Assembly (NCBI RefSeq): GCF_009914755.1
Contig: NC_060926.1
DNA length: 64,000 nucleotides
Origin: the human T2T-CHM13v2.0 reference genome, Homo sapiens
Reading direction: 5' to 3' (one strand)
In this document: in pieces, positions 1-13,289 of the stretch
How the letters are laid out: every line of letters starts with the position of its first letter
How positions within the stretch are numbered: the stretch's first letter is position 1
Notes under the pieces: model-generated
Told to the model about the DNA's origin: nothing
Database searches by the model: none
Seen by the model: only the letters and a program-made list of their open reading frames with translations
Translations under genes and position numbers: made by a program

Positions 1-636
1 ACTGTCGAGGAACTGCCAAACACCCTTTCTTTTAGAGATGACCGTGTGTTGAGGAGTCAGTGTTTGTAAAGCAACTTCTTGGGGAAATATAATAGCAGAT
101 ATAAGGTAATATAAGTGAGGGTATCCAAGCCAGATAGGAATCATCAAGCAAGGGCACGCTCGAGAGTGAAAGGCGGAGCTGAAAGGAATTATGAACTCAT
201 TTCTAATAGGCATGGACAGGACCACCTTGAGTGAACTTGGGTACATGGTCACCTCGCCTACAGGGACTAGGGACAATGCTTACAGAATCAGTGTGTCTGC
301 TGCCTATCAACCCTCTCGGATATAAAATAATGGGATAGGAGTTGGTGGCGAGGGCTGGAGGTAGAAGAGTCGTAGTTTTTGATGGTATATTTTCCTGATT
401 TGTGCATTCCCTTCTCAGATTCCCTTCTGGCAGGTGGAACTCATTTCTCACTAATGTCCTTGCTGCATGTTGGTGATTCTCAAATGTTCCATCCCCCGCT
501 CCATCCCCCTGGAGTCCTGCCTGGGGGCCCAGGAGTCCCTGTCTGATGTTTCCACCCTCTGACCAGTGCCTCTGAAGAATAAAGACCGAATTCACTCCTC
601 TAGCAGGTACTCGGCACCTAGCTGAGGCGAGCATAA

Positions 637-1057
<421 letters not shown>

Positions 1058-1399
1058 ACAACATCACTTTTGAGTAGTGGACAGTTTTCAGAGAACAACA
1101 TCCACCCTCATCCCAGCCCATGTGGATCCTCACACAGCCCTGGCGGGAGGCAGGGCCAATGGAAGCCACCAGTGTCCCCTTCTGAGGAGACTCCAGTGGG
1201 GTCTGCAGCAGGAACGGATGCCAAGCGCTCAGCACCCATCAGTCAACTTCCAGTCGCCCTGTTTTCAGCCATTGTCTGGTGTCACCCTTCCCAACTGTTG
1301 CTTACCATTCACAGTCCTTTTTAAGGAAGAATGACATTTGATTTTACACACCTACAAAATACAAAATGGCAGCATAATAGAGGGATAGGGAGAAGCTCA

Positions 1400-1565
1400 C
1401 TGCTCTGGACTTAAATATGGGATGCAGCATCACATGACCAGTTTTGTGATATGGGAAAAATTGATTGTCCTCACTAAAACTCAGTTTTCTTAACTGAAAC
1501 AAAGGGGTGATCACCTTGCCTCTGGGGCCTGCTATGCGCACTGGAAAATAACATTGTAAACCACC
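1400..1565 (+). mobile_element. MIR fragment
   Basis: Core-like ctcagttttcttaactgaaacaaagggg...aataacattgtaaa. Confidence 0.55.
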
Positions 1566-3195
1566 AAAAATGTCTCCAGAGAAAGCTAGAACCTTAGATG
1601 GTAGCTGGGATGATTATAAAGGTGCATATGTATTAATCCATCTATGTAGACAATCATCACTGAACACACTAAGTACCCTAGACCTGAGTAGAGTGAGGCT
1701 GAGGTTCATGCGGGAGTGAGGGAGAGGGAACTGAAATCTACCCCATTCCAGCATGGGCACTCAGGACAGCTTTCAAGGTCCTGCTAAGTCACGTAAAGCA
1801 TGAAACAGACCATGATTCCAGCAACAAGAGCATCATGAGGGGTAGGTGGATCTCTAAACGGTAATCCAGGTCTTGCATTGGAGACAGCAGTCCTCCCTAA
1901 ACACCTGTGAGGCAAAGCCAGCTATTCCTTCCCATGGACTCTCTTCTACTTGCTTCTACTACATAAAAGCAAATATGACTCAAAAGTACTTTAGTTTTAA
2001 TAAAACAGACATTTAAATCTGGAAATTTCAAGTAGAGCCATTTGTCAGAAAACCTCAGCAAAAATAAGCATGATGCAGCTTGTCTAGATCTGAAACCCTT
2101 GCCGCTTTGATAACTAAGTTAAAGAACTCAACACGGGGGTAGGCTTAGGTGAAGCCAGATAGGGCTGTCTCAGCCACAGTGCATTTCTGAGCCAAGTGCT
2201 CACACACGGAGCAGGGGAGGAAAGCGGAGTGTTCCCACTAAGTTTCATCTCCACCAGGTTAGTTTTCTCTTCCTGCCGTTTTTGATACCGTGAGAACATG
2301 TGGATCCAACAGCTTCTCAGGGGAAGGAGCTGCCTAAAGCCCATGCCAGAGAGCCCACATGCGGCCCTGTCAGCCTGGTCGTGGGCACAGAGCATGTGGG
2401 TCAATCCCATTCTTGCTGTAGTTCAAGTATGTGCAGATCTCACTTCAGACAAACTTGCAAACATCTTAGAGATACTGGAGAAAAAGGGAGAGAGTCTGGA
2501 AGGCTGGGAATAAGCAAACACCACCACCATTTTCCAGAGGAATGGATTCTAAAAACTACAGAAGAACAGACTTCCTCCAAGTTCCAAGAAAACCCAAAAG
2601 AGACACGAAATAAGGCTCACAAGCTTTTGGGAAGAAATTGGTGGTCTCAAGGAAGCAACATAAGTTCTCTAAGAGAAAGTCATTCCATGCTAACCTCATT
2701 TCCTGTTTTGACGAGCTTCACCAGAACAGTCGATTAGGGGAATGCCCCAGAAAGTGTGTCTTGATTTCAGTAAAGCCTTTGAAAACCTCTCACCCTATCC
2801 GATCTAAGATACAAAAGATGGGCCAGATGATGGTGTGACCAGGAGGACTTGCAATTGGCAGGACACTCATCTCCAAAGAAGGCCACCTCCTAACTCATGG
2901 AAGTCCTGCTTGCCTTTGCTCCCTTTGCAGCTGCTGCAGACAGCCAGGCTGCTCCTGAGTCCCCAGTTGGACAGACAATTCCGTGCTTTCTGCCCACAGG
3001 CAAGTGTGGTTTGAAATGACTCTCTGCAGCTCTACCCATGAGAAGGTTGGGGACCCAAAAGTGAGGATGTCAGCCTAGCGTGGTTGGTTCTGCACAGGGG
3101 ACATCCTTTGAAGTGACACAGGACTTTCTTCATGGAGAGCCATGGGACTCTGTCCTGTGTTCTGTCCCATTCACCATTTAAAAAACACCTTGGAG

Positions 3196-3303
3196 GTTGG
3201 GTGCGGTGGCTCACGCCTATAATCCTAGCACTTTGGGAGGCTGAGGTGGGTGGATCACGAGGTCAAGAGATCAAGACCATCCTGGCCAACATGGTGAAAC
3301 CCA
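3196..3303 (+). mobile_element. Alu left-arm fragment (3'-truncated)
   Basis: ggttgggtgcggtggctcacgcctataatcctagcac...catggtgaaaccc, then an abrupt end. Confidence 0.9.
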
Positions 3304-4056
3304 CCTTGGAAAGAGACATGGTAAATGAAGGCATATTTACCAAATTTGCAGAACACACAAAGCTCTGAGGAAGAAAGGGCCCCCAAAAATTTAGGCACAA
3401 GGTTAGAAACCTGGGATGGAACCAAAGAGAACAAATGTGAAGCTCTAGTGTCTATTAAAAACACAGTCCACTGTAGGATTAAACATCTATGTCAATTTGC
3501 TTCAAGTTGTGCCACTAAGTACTTGAGTGTGGCCAGGGATGAGAGAACAAAACCTATACTTTTCAATGCCTTCAGCAATATTAAGCTCTGTCTTAGGGTG
3601 TTAGACAGGCTCTAAAAAGCCCTCCCTTCCTTATCTTATGGCCTTGTTAGGAGGACAAAATAAGTCAGAGGTGGTAAAGTGCTTTGAAAAAGGGAAAGCT
3701 CTGAAATTCAAAATAGTATTATTATTTGTTGTAAGGTGCTTTCCCTCCAACAAAAAAAGAAAATCTGGCAGTCTATGAGTGATAAGCAGAAAGTGATTCA
3801 GCTTTGGTTCTAATTCTCCATCTCTAACCCCAACGAGTTGAGTTTGCTGGGTCACCTGACTAAATCCGTGACCTCCGAAAGGTGGCACTTCTAGCGCTCT
3901 GCTTTTCCAAAAGTCTCATAAATTCTTGGATTACACTAATTAAACAATAATTTAGAAAGCTCCTTTCTAGGACTGGGTCTTCAACGGTGCAAACTGAGTA
4001 AACCAGCAGAATGAACACCAAAAGACTGAGGTCTGGGCCTTAGATTTTTACAGATA

Positions 4057-4449
4057 CAATCATGCATTGCTAATGAGAGGGATACAGTCTGAGAAATGCA
4101 TCGTTAGGCAATTTCTTTGTGATGCGAACATCACAGAGTATACTTACACAATCCTAGATGGCATAGCCTACTACCTGCCTAGGCTATATGGTATGGCCTA
4201 TTGCTTCTAGGCTACGCACTCGTACGGCATTTCAGTGCACTAAATACTGTAGGCAATTGTAACACAACGGTAAGAATATGTGCATCTAAACATGTCTTCA
4301 CACAGAAAAGATAATGCATTGTGCTACAACATTATGACAGTTGCAACATCACTAGGTGATAGGAATTTTTCAGCTCCATTATAATCTTATGGGACCACTA
4401 TTGTATATGCAGTCCATTGTTGACTGAGACATTAGTGAGTGCATAACTG
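4057..4449 (-). mobile_element. Tigger3-family (MER7/Golem) DNA transposon, non-autonomous
   Basis: TA-flanked termini caatcatgc...gcataactg; internal gagaaatgcatcgttaggcaattt and ttataatcttatgggacca motifs. Confidence 0.85.
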
Positions 4450-4664
4450 TATTTTCAATGCTTTTCAATCCTACAGTGCAGTGCTTTGAAAGTTTGTCAC
4501 CCTTGCTGCTGCACAAGCCCTGGCTTGAAACATAGATGAAAAATATACAACAAACCCAAGACAGGAGGGCTTGTTAGTGAAGTTAACAGACAGAATTACC
4601 TTAAAGTCCCTTCAGGATCAGCAGGATTTCACTCGGCAGTTATAGGACTCCAGGTTCCCCTGGA

Positions 4665-4865
4665 CCACACTAGCCAGTAGAACTTCCTGTGACCGTAGAC
4701 ATGTTCTGTACCTGCACAGTCCAATATGGCAGCCACAAGTCACATGTGGATATTTAAATTTAAAATAAAAAGGAATTTAAAAATTCAGTCCCTTGGTTGT
4801 ACAAGCCACATTTTAAAGGTTCCATAGATATCTGTGGCTAACAGCTACTACATTGGATGGTACGT
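4665..4865. mobile_element. MER33/MER3-like hAT-Charlie element
   Basis: gtccaatatggcagccacaagtcacatgtgg...tgtggctaacagctactacattgga. Confidence 0.75.
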
Positions 4866-4874
4866 TGAGAGACC

Positions 4875-5050
4875 AATGTTTCTCAGTCTTGGCTATGCAT
4901 TGAAATTACCTGCAGAGTTGTAAAAAATACGGATGTCTACACCCCCTCAATCCCCAGATTCTGATGTGATTGGTCCAAGTGGATCCTGGGTGTCTGGATT
5001 TTTTATAACCTCTGGGTAATTCTAATGTCTGGCCAGGGTCAGAACTATTG
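4875..5050. mobile_element. MER5B-like hAT element
   Basis: caatgtttctcagtcttggctatgcattgaaattacctg...gattctgatgtgattggt...agaactattg. Confidence 0.7.
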
Positions 5051-5904
5051 CTTTAACCATCTAGAATTGTGTGGTCACTTCTCTTTTGCTCTTTCTCCTA
5101 ATATCCTTGTGAACTAACTATCCTGCAGGCATCATATGGGTTACGTCTGGTCCTCCCTGCACCTGTGACTTTCATCTTTTTGAGGTCATAAATAATCCTG
5201 GGGGTAAGACTGCGAAATGGGTAGAGAATGTGGTTTCATCCTGCTCAAAAACGCAGAGGAAGAGTGATCACTTGGGTGGAGATGTTCTTCCCAGTGGAGC
5301 CCCTTGCACCTGGGCAAGGGTGTGTCCAGAGGGGCCGGAGTTAGGTGAGTGTGAGCAACCCCTGGGGCAGGCTGCCAGCCCACAGTTGGGCCTGGCTCCT
5401 CACATCCTCAGGAGGACTGTCCCTGATGCCCATGTTACCCTTGTACACTGCCCTTGCACATGTTACCCTTGTATACTTCCTTCTCTTCTGCTAGAACCTA
5501 GCCAGGTAGAACCAGCAGAAACTCAGGGCAGGGTGGAATCTTTGTATTCATCTCATCTGATCTTCTTAGTGTTCTGCTGGAGAAAGTAGCATCCAGAGAC
5601 GCCCAGCTGAGGCTATTTCCCTCCACAACACAGTGGTCTTTATCTTCCAGGATGGGGGCAAATTACGTAAACTTTAGGAAGTTCATCAGCAGGGCAAAGC
5701 TTGGTTTCTGATGAGAACCTGACTGTCCAGACAGTAGAGAGTTCACAATCACCCTTTTCTGCTGGGTGATGTCCCAGAGGAAAGCCTGGGTCCTCACCCT
5801 AGTGAGGCCATTCACCAGACTCAGATCAGTTTCCTTATCCACCAAACATGGTCAGAGCACTGGGCTGCTCAGCATCTCGGTGTGCCTGAGAAGTAATAAG
5901 AGGA

Positions 5905-6110
5905 TGAACCCAGTCAGCACATAGTTGTTGATGAGGCTCGGATCTCAAACGCCGGGGACAGACCGGGAAATAAGACAGACCACAGTCTGCCTTTTGGGAG
6001 TGGAGTGAGAGACAGACAGATGATAATTGAACATTCAGGATAAGTGCTGATAATGATAAGTCTATGAATAAAATAAAATAAAATCACAAGATAGAGAGAA
6101 ATGGTGGGGA
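5905..6110 (-). mobile_element. L2 3'-end fragment
   Basis: ggggacagac...aataagacagaccacagtctgcctttt...gagagacagaca...taagtgct pattern. Confidence 0.55.
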
Positions 6111-7111
6111 GGAAGGAGGGTTCTCTCACGACATGGTGCTCAGGGAATTCTCCTCGAGAAGGGGACATTGGGTTGAGACCTGGATATGCATTGCAATGAA
6201 CACTGTGCATGTACATAGGGGGTTTTGTGATCACCATCATGGCCTATTGGTAAACGAATTCCAACAAGTACAAAAGAGTAAACATGGTCATTTAAAATCA
6301 TTCTTAGATGTTTGCTAAGCTTAAAAGTGAAGATTGCCAGAAAGTTCTGGAAGGCTTCTACTAATGGCCTGTCTGGCCATGTCCTCAGGAGGGGGTCAAA
6401 TTGTCCTGCTTGAGGTTAGGGAAGAGAGTGGGATTACACAGCAGGAATGCTTCGACATTTCACCGTTTTATAGACTGTTCAGGTGCCAGTCCCAGAGTGT
6501 CAGAGTTCAAGAAAGCATTTAGGAAATCGGGGCATCTAAGTGAAATGGGACGGAGGCATCGACCATGATGAACTGTGCACTGCACCCAACACTTCTTCAG
6601 CAGAGCCCACTCAGACTTGGCTAGAGGTGCTGGGTGGGGACCGGGGCTGAGTTGGTCCCATCCACTGTTTTGTCTCCAGAACCAGCACACAGCAGGCCCC
6701 TAAGAAATCCTTATGGGATGAATAAGTGAAGCAGTAAAGGATGTGTGAGGGGAGGGAGGCAGCAGAGATGGCAGATGTCTCTAGTGGAAAGCCCAAGGTT
6801 AATGGAGATCTTGGGGTCACAGTTTACAGGCCACGATCAGGGTGGGTGTGGAAAGAGGCTTCCAGATGAAGCCTGACGTTTCTCTCAAATGTCAGTCTGC
6901 CCACACTGACTCTACAGCAATCTGGAGAGGTATGAGAAGCAGCAAGACAAGCGTGGCTGAGTTATGAGAGAGTCAAGCCCAACACACATTTAAACATGTC
7001 AGATGAGCTGTGTGGACGTGCCAGGGTTCCCTCAAACACTATTCGATATCCTTTCAATCAGCGTTTAAAGATAGCTAATAAGCAAACAATTCTGTTTTCT
7101 TTAGTTTTGCT

Positions 7112-7117
7112 TTTAAT
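7112..7117 (-). terminator. Polyadenylation signal ATTAAA
   Basis: Plus-strand tttaat at 7112-7117, ~22 nt upstream of the inferred cleavage site; U/GU-rich sequence follows on the minus strand. Confidence 0.75.
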
Positions 7118-7194
7118 GAAGGACAAGGGATTAAGACACACAGAGACTGGCCAGACAAATGGGAAACCGACCAGACCAGCCCATGACCAAAATA

Positions 7195-7353
7195 TCACAG
7201 GCAGACCACCCGCAAATGCAGAGGCCTCAGAGTCCACAGTGGGCGGTTGGAACCAGGCCCCAGGGAATCTTTCAGCTGCATTCCGGCTGTGATCGGCGGG
7301 CAACAGGTAGAGGTGCTGGAGGGGGATGAGTCGTGATTTTCAGTGTCTGTCAT
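7195..7353 (-). CDS. 52-aa small ORF in the lncRNA terminal exon (MTDTENHDSSPSSTSTCCPPITAGMQLKDSLGPGSNRPLWTLRPLHLRVVCL); translation unproven
   Basis: ATG 7353-7351 (aatATGA context) to TGA 7197-7195, translated by hand. Below the 60-aa cutoff of the ORF track. Resembles the putative peptide once assigned to LINC00152/C2orf59 (recollection). Confidence 0.35.
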   Translation of the reverse strand: MTDTENHDSSPSSTSTCCPPITAGMQLKDSLGPGSNRPLWTLRPLHLRVVCL

Positions 7354-10300
7354 ATTCGATCAAGTGTGTCATAGAGCTTCCTGTTTCATCTCCCAGTTAT
7401 TCTGAAACAAAAACATGCATGAAAAACACAGGTCACTGCCAACCACACTGACAGTCGCTCTAGTACATGGAAACTGAAAAGGGAAAGACATATCATGAAT
7501 GCCACAATAAGCCAGAGAATCAAATTTATCAGCATCTATTCAAATATTGGCAAGCAACAAACATTGCTGGCGGCAATGGTGGTGCGGGACATGGGGTGTC
7601 CACATAAACAGAATTCAGAAGAGACTGAAAAGGCAGATGTTCCCAAAAGCCTGCTGCTTTGTTTGGGGCCAGCCTGTGTGTTTATTGAAAAGTTGATTCA
7701 GTTCTGACTTCCTGGTCAGGGTCTGACTCCTGATGGGCCCTGAGGCTCTTCCCCTACATGCCCCTGTTGACTTGGATGAAGAGTCACACAAGGACTTACA
7801 GGATGGCACAGGTGTTCGCCCAGGTGGTGCCCTGCACTCCCCTCTCCAAAGGCCCAAAGAGACCCAATGAGAGATCCCCGTGGAATTCCAGCCCAATGAG
7901 GTCCTGAGACTCCCCGGGAGACATGGCCTCCCAGGTGCATCAAGTAATCACAATACACCTGGGCCTAGCAGCCTCGGTGAGGTAGAGGGAAGGGTGGATA
8001 AGAAGTGGGGCCCCTGACCAAGCAAAGGCCCTGAGGACAGCACAGGACTGACAGCAGCTCCAGAAAGACTGTGATTCTGTTAATAACTGCTCTGCCGCTT
8101 GAGACCAGCATGGTCTGGCTCACTGTTTGCAGAAAATCATTCTCAGTCTCCCAAACAAGTGAAAGGATACTTCCAAAGACAGACAGAGGGACGGTAGAAT
8201 CAGAAATACAGATGGCACCATCTTCCCAAAGTCCATACTGTAGCCCCACAAAACCAACTTCATGCTTAAATCTGCTGCTCAGACACACTTTGGGGAGAAA
8301 GCAGTTTTTCCAGGAGTGAGCTGGAGACAGCACTTCCATGGGAGGGAGGTCAAATCCAAGACTACCCGCTATTTCCAGCCATATTCACTATGGATGAAGA
8401 AGGGATGGCTCTACCCATGACCGTGCAAAGCTTCCTTGGGAACCCTGCTGTCCCTTCCACATGCAACCTGTCCAAGATGCAACCCTCAGTTCACCATGAA
8501 AACCCACTGGCCCTGCCGCTCCCCATTTCCTTTGGTTAATATTAGGCACAAATTTTTCTGTAAAATGAGATGAAGGCATGTGATTTTGGAAAAGCTTCAT
8601 CCTTCCTCTTGAGATTCATTCACAAGATACAGTAGCACACAAAATACCCAGAGAAGTTAAGAAATAAGAAAGCTGTTTAAATTATTGTGCACTTCCCAAA
8701 CATATATAGGGCATAACATTTTTTGCACACTGGCCTTTGCTGGCAGGGCTCTGCTGAGTGGTGTTAGGAAATGTGGCCGAAGGCAGGCTGCCCAGCCTGC
8801 AGGGCCTGGCGGAGCTCTCCTCCTCCTAGGGTCTCTTGCAGTGCTGCAGGCCAGGGAATAAAGCTTCTCCTGACCCCGTAGCCCTGGCTGCCAGGACATG
8901 TGGTGATTATGACAGTCTCTATTTATCTTTTGAAACTCTGTATTGTTTCCCCCCACCCCCAGTATCTTTCCCAATGTCTTGTACAAGTGAGTTAACGGAT
9001 CCATATAAACTCCTACAGTCTTATCTGTTTTTTCCTTAAAGGCCTCATTGGCTAGTGACAGTGAAATACCGAGCTTCCTGAGCCTTGGCGAACCTGGCCC
9101 CATGATTCCTACACATTCTGGGAAGAACACTGCCCAGATGAATCTGTTGGGAAAGCCAGCTTCCCGTTTTGAGTCCTATGAGCTAGCATTTTCTAATGTG
9201 GCTTAAAGTCCAGCATCTGGGCCCAGGATTTCATACGCAGTGTCTTCCTGGGTGGGCAAAGAGAAACAGGAACTAAGTAATGCATCAGTGGCCTGTAGGG
9301 GTGGAAGGGGAAACCTGGTTTCTTTAGTTTCATCACTGAAATAGAGAGGTGGTTTACCAACCCGTGCCCCTCACCAGTTACCCCCACTTTTGAGTGCAAT
9401 GAAAAACCAAAATGTAATAGCCCAGGAGGGCTACAGTATGGAACACCCAACCATGTGGACCTTGGGCCAAAGTCACAGAGTGAGAGGTGGCCGGCCCTTA
9501 CGGATCATCCAACCAACCCTTCACCTTGCAGGTGAAGAAAGCAAGGCTCACCGAAAAAGGAAGTTGGCAACCTTCCCAAGGTCACTCTGGATGGGACACA
9601 GCTGGGACCAGGACCTGGGTCTCTCCTACCTCTCCTACCTTTGGCTTCTGGCCAAAGCTGAGAAGACCCTGAATTCCAGTTCTCCACTGAAAGGCCTTGT
9701 CTGGGAAGTTTTGCATGGATGAATCAACTCCATGTTGGCCTGGCTGTCTAGTTATCACTGAATAAACCCACGACAGTTCATCTGAGAACTAAAAGTTTTG
9801 CCCCTAATTCAGGGCCGATCACACACATGGCTTCCTAGATGCCAGCGTACACTGGGAGTGGGTGGAGACCACCAGCGCCACTCCGGTGTTGAGGCAACCC
9901 TGAAGAAGCATCTAGTCACAGACAGGGCCACTCTTACTCTTTGGCTTGGCTGACCTGCTGTTCCTGCAGGTGTCTAATATTGATGAGCCGCCAGGTAGGT
10001 CTCCCCACTGTGGGTACAAAACCTCACTTCCCCCCAGATCTGAGAGATGGCCTCAGGGTCACACACATCACCCTGAATAGAAGCCCTCATCAGGGGCCCC
10101 AAATGCAGCTCAGGCAACCTTCAGGAAGCTCCCCAGCTAGCTCCCAAATCATGCTCTTTCTCTTCCCGATAACAGACAGAAGGCTGCTGGCATGGTAAAC
10201 TGACAAAGGGAGAGAAGCAGTGGCACAGATGCATACCCCCAGTCCCACCCCCAAGGCAGGCTGTTTTGCCCCTGAAGTTGAACCATCCAAGCCTCTACTT

Positions 10301-11324
10301 TCTGTGCAGTAAGTCTCAAGGTAGGAGGAAGTGAAGACCACAAGCTTCGATTTGCTGTGACATCCAAGGAACTGCCAGTACCTCACTGCTGAGAGCCCAA
10401 GCCAGAGCTTCCAGCCAGCCTCATGCAAAAACACACTTGAGCTTCCTCTGCCCCATTGGCAGCACCGAGGTCTTCCTCAATGCATAGAAAAGGGACGAGT
10501 GAGGAACTCACACCCTGTCCATTCTTGACTCACATCAGATTCTAACAGTATAGGAAGCCAACTTTTTGAGATTTCAAAAGAATTGCCAAGGAGGATGGAG
10601 CCTGCTCAGTAACTACCAAACTGTTCAGCTCTCAAGAGACCACTGTTTTTATTTTTCAGAATATTAAAACCTAGACCGCACACTCAGGAAATGTATATTG
10701 CTTATCACAGACTAATTTTAGGGAGATATGAGATGGGTTCTTTGTATAAATCAGACTCGTGTGCTGCTAGAGCTGTCAGGGCAGGGGAGCCAGGCAGCAG
10801 CACTTGAGTCCCCCTGCCCTTGTCTCTGACAGAGGCTCCCGCGTCTAGAGCTTCAGCCACGTATCTCTGAGCAGACTTAGCACCTTTTCAAGGGGACCCC
10901 CGCTGAGAAGCAGTTTCTGCAAAGTGCTCCACACGTCATTACAGACCTACACTTGGTCAGGAAGATTCTGTGTCTTTGAGTGGGGACTTTCAATACCCTC
11001 GTCAGCAGAGTGTGACAGTGCCAGGACACACACCCGGGTCTCCTGGCCACCATTTACCAAGCATGTACCACAGGCCAGCTACAGCTCCCCAGCCAAGCTT
11101 TCCTTCAAACATCTCCCCAGCCCTCTCAGGTTGGTGCTATTGGGATCATCTCTCTCACTTAGGAAGGACCGGAGCTCAAGGGAGTTCAACAAATAGCAGG
11201 GAAATAGAGGCACACAGCCTTCCATGCAGCAAACTGATGGTGAGGCTCTGCTGCCTGCCAGGATACTCAGCAGCTCCTTCAAACATCTGACCCCCTGAGG
11301 TCTTCCAGGCTCTCTCACTTTTGG

Positions 11325-12070
11325 TTACAGAGAGTGTCCTGAGCAGCACAAAGTCAGACATAGCCGGGTCCACGCACATTTGTGTCTTTCCACAGGGTCA
11401 GACTTTTACTGATGCTATTTCAATCACAAAAGCCACAAGTTACATGGAGTTCCCAAGGAAGTGATTCTCCTTAGTACGTCCTGTTCAACTGGTAGTCAGA
11501 GCTGTGAGCACTCAGGCTCAAGCCACTCTGCAAGTCAGTCAATATTGCAAACCATACACAGCAGTGTCCTTAACTTAATCAATACATAAATGCTATATTA
11601 AACATTCCACATGGAACAGTAACATTTAACATCGAGAGAAAGGGGATAACAGAGCATAAGTGTGGCTTTGAAAAAAAAAAGAGTGAGAAGGGGATAGAAG
11701 AAAGGGTTAATGAGCCAATCCAATGAGAGCAACGTGGATGAGAGTGTCCTGGCCTGTTCCGGACAGACATCAAGAGTCTTTGATGTGGGCAGAGTCTTTG
11801 GCAGCAGATGCCGGGTGCTGATCACGAGCAACAACAGAGCAAGGCTCTGTTAAGATGACCATCTCAAGCTGGTGAAATCCTGCTCTTCTTATAGCCCTGA
11901 GACCTCTGGCAAGGACTGATAGTAGAAGAGGGCTGGTGATGTCCCTGTCTGGTTGGGTGTGGTCTTTATTGATTAGGTGGCCATCTGTTCCCTGTTGGCA
12001 TGATGCCTTTTGACATGTAAGATGGAGTCTTTTTCTAAGATGGTGTCACTTATGTCAAGAGTGCTCTATA
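11325..12070 (-). mobile_element. Solo ERV LTR (LTR47-like)
   Basis: Minus strand begins tatagagcactcttgacataagtgacaccatcttagaaaaagactccatcttac, a typical LTR start; subfamily from memory. Confidence 0.6.
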
Positions 12071-12472
12071 TAGGGAAGAACCTATGACAGCTCCCTTAGT
12101 TTATAATAAAGGCGGAAATTGTCAAGGGGCAGCAACCCAAGGGTTGGCCCTTGGTAGACTGTTTCCTAGTCTAGTGATACCATACACTACAGCTTGACCC
12201 TTTCACTATCTGTAAAATACAACCCATTTTTCAGAGAACCAAACCTCAAAAACATTTTAGCCACTTTATAGTCTGATGGACATGGTAAAAGGCCAAGATG
12301 ACAGGTAACCTTGCTGTGCAGTTACTGAGAAATGCAAAAGGCCTTCTGAGAGGCTGGTGTGGATTTTAAGTCTGTGGTAGGACACACAAAGGGACATTAG
12401 GAAAAAAGTGGAGACAACTTGCAGACTCCAGTAGACACGGTTTTTAGGCATTTCAAGCACCCTGGCTCTAGG

Positions 12473-12647
12473 CTGCGGTTCTCAATGGGAGTCTCAGCAC
12501 TGGCAGCATCTCATTACCTGAGAGTTGTTAGAAATGCAAATTCTCCGGCCTCACCTCACATATTCTAAGAAGGAAACCCTGGGGCTGGGGCCTAGGAATG
12601 TGTGTTTCACAGTGCCCAGGTGATTCAGATACACACAACCACCAGTG
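12473..12647. mobile_element. MER5A hAT element
   Basis: gcggttctcaa...gcagcatc...gttagaaatgcaaattctccggcc...ccaggtgattc. Confidence 0.8.
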
Positions 12648-13289
12648 GCAAGTGATATCTGCTCCTAGTGACACTCTTGTATGCAGGGCCATGGGTGACT
12701 GCAGGTTGGCTATGCGGCTGGCTACTGATGTTCACACTTAGTCAACTGTACCCAAGCTACTTGCCGGACGCTCTCTCCTGAGATCCCGACTGGGGGCGGA
12801 AAGAGCAAGCAGCTCAGAAGCCATCCAGAATTTTCAACTCATTTTTGGGGTGACCTGGGGAGAAATGTTGGCATGCTTCATCCCTTAATCTTCTTTTCCA
12901 GATGTTGCTCATCTGCACAGCGTGGGACTGAGCACTGTGGGATATTCAATCTGCACCAGTGTTCTCTCCCTAAACATCAAATGTCTCTTCTAGCCATGCT
13001 CCACCCCTGCTCCTATCCCCCTTGCCTTCCATCCTTCAGCTCATTTTGCCTGCACAGAACACGACAGCCATGAATTCTGCTGCATCTCTCTCAAATAGGA
13101 GAACAGAAGTGTTTTCACCAGCTCAACCCTCCTCACTGCAACCCTGTGCAAAACACCACATCCCCCACTCCCACTTTCAGGCTCTGCTCACACCGACCTC
13201 TGTGCCCAGGTAGAGAGCACCAGCAAAAGGCTCACAACAACACAGGTAGGAGGCACTAGACAACCAGGCCTCCCAAAAAAGTTGAAAAA

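Larger units (their letters stand above)
7090..7401 (-). ncRNA. MIR4435-2HG: Terminal exon of the short MIR4435-2HG/CYTOR isoform
   Basis: Acceptor tttttgtttcag|AATAACTGG at 7401; ATTAAA at 7117-7112; 3' end recalled near ...AAAGAAAACAGAA (~7090). Confidence 0.88.

Noticed and set aside
6996-7292. 98-aa plus-strand ORF over the lncRNA terminal exon
   Set aside because: Antisense to the recognised exon, with no plus-strand splice or promoter support and no recognisable domain.
8657-9130. Longest ORF-track entry (157 aa, minus strand)
   Set aside because: Non-ATG start, no recognisable homology or exon boundaries; length is compatible with chance in 64 kb.
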